Assembly (NCBI GenBank): GCA_043228905.1
Contig: JBHGNT010000007.1
Location: 18,724,001-18,788,000 of the forward strand
DNA length: 64,000 nucleotides
Source: Azolla caroliniana
Lineage: Eukaryota > Plantae > Polypodiophyta
Direction of reading: 5' to 3'
Shown in pieces: positions 59,720 to 64,000 of the stretch. Position numbers and translations under genes: made by a program. The notes under the pieces are model-generated. The model was not told the DNA's origin. It ran no database searches and was given only the letters and a program-made list of their open reading frames with translations. Within the stretch, counting starts at the first letter, position 1. Each line of letters begins with the position of its first letter.

Positions 59720-62700
59720 TGTTAGCAAACAGGTCCCTCCGGATGTGGAGTACCCGGCAAGGAAGGCCCGGTGAGAACCAGATGACGAGTGCCCGACAAG
59801 AGCTGGATGGTGAAGGCCCGGTGAGAACCAGATGACGAGTGCCCGACAAGCGCCGGATGATGCAGGCCCGGTGAGGAGTGCTCACCGGATGAAGGGACAT
59901 ATTCATAAATATGTTTTCGAGAGTCCATTGGGGCTATATTTGGAAATAACCGAAAAGTCATATTAGTATAAATATGACTTAGGACAAACTTAGTGTGTAG
60001 TAGTTGTCATTCTTGTTGGTGCAAGATTTGAGTGCAACCGTGTACACACACAGAGAGTGAGAGACGAAGAGGACGTTGTCTCTGTTGTAACCGCTGCCTG
60101 TGGCAAAGACAGTGAACAAGAGGTCGTTGCATGTGTGTTCATCTATTGTATATTGTAACATAGTGATAGTTTGCAATCTGTGAACTGCCGTGGTTTTTCC
60201 CGTGTTTGGGTTTTCCATGTAAACATCCTGTGTACTCTTCTCTTTACTGTGCCGTGCGTACATTACCCGTTTTTCTGTGTTTGATGCTAGACTCGGTTGT
60301 GGCCGAGCGTTGTTTTTTCGGGAGCGCGTAGTTCCTGTCAAAGTGGTATCAGAGCGAAACGACACAGAAAATGGACGAATTGTTGGGAGGCATATTCAAG
60401 CTCACCGGCTCCAATTACTCAGTGTGGAAGTCGAAGATGAGGGACATGCTCGTGGTTAAAGATCTTTGGTTGCCGGTTCAGTTCGGGGACAAGAGATCGG
60501 ACAAAATCGATACCACGATATGGGAGGTGATGCACATGAAAACAACGGCGTACATACAATGCTTCATCGACATGAGTCTATACAACAACTTCAATGAAGA
60601 GAGCAAGGCTCATGAGCTCTGGGAGAAGATCGGCATTATGTTTTAGAACAAAAATGTTGTTAATCAGGTTTCGGTATTTCGGAAGCTAGTAACACTTTGG
60701 TACCAAGATGGCTCCAGCATGGCGGAGCACATGAATGCCTTCCAGGGGCTGATCCACCAGGCAACGCCGGGCCGAAAGGGAAACGGTTATCCCTAGCAAG
60801 AGTGAAGTCGAGCTTGCTAGATGAAGAGGCGTGTCGGAAAGATAAGGATACGACCTCTGACTCCAAAGTGCTCCTTACTGAATCGGAACGGAGAAGACAA
60901 AGGAACCGTAGTCCCCAGAACCGGGAAAAGTCGGGGACACGGTCAAAGATAAGGGGGAGGCCTACCTGCTTCTATTGTGGCAAGCCAGGACACTTCCAGA
61001 AGAACTGTCAGCACTTCCGAAAAGACAAGGAAACCGATGGTACCGATTCGAAGCAGACACCGGACCGGAATGGTAAAGACCGGAAGGGAATGACGGCAAT
61101 CGCGGCGAGCGAAGAAGAGTTGATGCTCATCACCGAGGAGAGTGAGTTGAACCTTGCCGGTGACGAGATGACCTGGGTGGTCGATTCCGGAGCGTCGTTC
61201 ACCTTACCCCGGACCGGAAATGCTTCTCATCCTACTCAGTCGGTGATCACGGCTTTGTCCGGATGGGGAATGAAGGTACATGCCGAATTGTCGGCATAGG
61301 AGACGTGTGGTTGACAACACCAACCGGATGCAAGCTGCTGCTGAAGGATGTTCGACACGTTCCGGAGGTTCGTCTGAACCTGATATCAGCCGGTCGGCTA
61401 GATGATGAAGGCTACACAGATAGCATCCGGAACAGTGTTATGAAGTTCGACAAAGGGAGCCTGATTGTGGCTCGGGCCCGAAAGGTAAACACGTTGTACC
61501 TGATGAATGCCCGGTTATGCCCGGAAGAAGTGAACATGGCTTCCGACACTGCCGGTGAGCTGTGGCACAAGAGGTTGTGTCACATGAGCGAGAAGGGGAT
61601 GAAGAGTCTTGCAGACGACAACCTCATTCTAGTGAAGAACGTGCACTTGGAGAAGTGCATTGATTGTCTGGCTGGTAAACAAAACCGGACCTCCCTCCGA
61701 TCGAGGCCACCGATGAGACGTAATGCACCACTAGAGTTGGTGCATACTGATGTATGTCAAGTGGACATGAAGTCACATGCCGGATTGCAATACTTCGTGA
61801 CGTTCATAGATGACCACAGCCGGAAGATGTGGGCCACACCGTTGAAGACGAAGGACCAGGTGCTATCCATCTTCAAAGAGCTCCACGCGAGAGTGGAAAG
61901 AGAAACCGGCCGGAAGCTGAAGGCGGTTCGAGCAGATAACGGAGGTGAATATCGGGGGCAGTTCGAGGAGTATTGTCGCTCGAAGGGAATCCGGCTCGAA
62001 TTTACCGTGCCAAAGACCCCATAACTAAACGGGTTGGCCGAGAGGATGAACCGGACCATAATGGAGAGGGTCCGGAGTATGCTGGCGCATGCAAAATTAC
62101 CCAAGACGTTTTGGGCTGAGGCGCTGTCGACAGCGACGTATGTGATAAACAAATCACTCTCAGTTCCCTTGGATGGAGACACACCACAGAAGGTGTGAAC
62201 CGGTAAGGAAGTGTCCTACCGGCATCTGAAGTTGTTCGGGTGTCTCGCGTATGTGCATGTTGCTAAGGACCGGAGAGGAAAGTTGGATCCAAAGACCCGA
62301 CCATGCATATTCCTCGGATACAGCGATGATAAGTTCGGCTACCGAGTGTGGGATCCGGTTGACAAGAAGGCTTTCTGGAGCCGAGATATTATCTTCATGG
62401 AGGACAAGACTCTTGCCGACTGGGAATCAGAGAAGAAGATAATGAACTCCGATGAGATTCTGACCCACTCGGCTAAGAGCCGGTTGACACTCGAGGAACT
62501 AGCTGGTTACGGTGAGGATACGAAACCGGCAGAAGAAGAAGTAGAGGAAGCTGAAATCGGAACCGGCCAAGACCCCGAATCGGATTCGGATGAAGAACAA
62601 ATAGTGGCATCGGTTGCCAAAAGCCAAAGAAGGAGATATCCTCTCAAAGAGAGAAGGGCCCCCCAGAGATTTCCGGATGCAGAGCATGTGTTGCTGACCG

Positions 62701-64000
62701 ATGAGGGAGAGCCGGAAAGCTTCGAAGAAGCGAAGAATGACACCCACAACCGCAAATGGTTAAGTGCCATGCAGGATGAGATGGATTCCCTGCATGAGAA
62801 CCATACGCACGAATTGGTGGAGTTGCCGAAAGAAAAGCGGGCACTCCGAAATAAGTGGGTGTACAAGTTGAAACCGGGAGATGCTGGCAAACCCCCCAGA
62901 TACAAAGCCAGGATCGTGGTGAAGGGGTTCCAACAGAAGAAGGGTGTGGACTTCGACGAGATATTTTCCCCGGTAGTAAAGATGACCTCCATCCGGACGG
63001 TGCTGAGTATAGCGGCAAGCATGGACCTCAAGGTAGAGCAGTTAGACGTGAAGACGACATTCCTTCACGGTGACCTCGAAGAGGAGATCTATATGCAGCA
63101 ACCGGAAGGATTCGTGGAGAAAGGGAAGGAGCACCTGGTTTGCCGATTGAAGAAGAGCTTGTACGGACTAAAGCAGGCTCCCCAACAGTGGTACCGGAAA
63201 TTCGACCCTTCATGACCAATCAAGGGTACCACAAGACACAGGCTGATCACTGCGTGTTTGTGAAGAAGTTCGAAGGAGGTGACTTCCTGATACTCCTTCT
63301 GTACGTGGACGACATGTTGATCGTTGGACGGGACCAAGCCAAAATACGGATGCTGAAGAAGGCTCTCAATCGAACCTTCGCAATGAAAGACTTGGGCCCG
63401 GCAAGACAAATACTGGGGATGCACATCATCCGGGACCGGTCAAAGAAGCAATTGTGGTTGTCACAAGAGAAATACGTGACAAAGGTACTTCAGCGGTTCA
63501 ACATGTTAGAAGCAAAACCGGTCGGATCGACACTACCGGCAAACTGCAGACTATCCGGTAAGCAAAGCCCGAAGACGAAAGCAGAGAAGGCTGATATGAT
63601 GAAGGTTCCATATGCCTCTACCGTCGAGAGGTTGATGTACACAATGGTGTGTACTCAGTCGGATATTGGATACGCAGTCGGAGTGGTGAGCCGGTTTATG
63701 AGCAATCCCGGCAAGGAGCACTGGAACGCGGTCAAATGGATACTCCGGTACCTGAAGGGCACTTCGAATATGTGTCTCCGATTTGGCTCTGGTAAACCTC
63801 AACTTGACAGTTTTACCGATTCAGACGTGTCGGCTGATGTGGACACCAGCCGGTCTACATCCGGGTATGTAATGACATATGCAGGGGGAGCTGTTTCGTG
63901 GCAGTCGAGGCTGCTGAAGACGGTTGCATTGTCAACCACAGAGGCGGAGTACATGGCGGTTGTGGAAGCTGGCAAGGAAATATTATGGATGAAGGACTTC
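59720..64000 (+). mobile_element. Tnt1/Tork-like Ty1/Copia retrotransposon: 5' LTR 59720-60340, PBS 60344-60355, disrupted gag-pol 60371 to window end
   Basis: TGGTATCAGAGC PBS; gag LTGSNYSVWK and zinc knuckle CFYCGKPGHFQKNC; protease VVDSGAS; integrase WHKRLCH, VHTDV, RADNGGEY; RT YKARIVVKGFQQ, LLLYVDDML; RNase H start; several stops and frameshifts; LTR has a 51-bp tandem repeat. Confidence 0.95.

Overview
AT-rich plant nuclear DNA, most likely a fern (inferred from intronless PLS-class PPR genes, one with a DYW:WW-type domain). Host genes: an orphan Ser-rich membrane-protein ORF (~9.8-12.0 kb), two PPR editing-factor genes (14.9-17.2 kb minus; 23.5-25.9 kb plus), a 16-exon cytosolic pyruvate kinase (26.9-33.2 kb minus) and a dirigent gene (37.0-37.6 kb minus). 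They lie among LINE, Copia and Gypsy remnants, solo LTRs, hAT-type MITEs and tRNA-derived SINEs. The standout is a complete 8,977-bp DNA transposon (46934-55910) with 36-bp TIRs and a 4-bp TATA target duplication confirmed against empty sites in the window. It carries a Sola-like DDD transposase on the plus strand. Divergently, it carries a six-exon gene for a ~970-aa ParB-like domain + beta-class amino (N6A/N4C) DNA methyltransferase fusion, whose first intron holds four 25-bp palindromes spaced 51-52 bp apart (parS/operator-like). Both element genes carry a few disabling lesions in this copy. All calls are by eye; no database searches were run.
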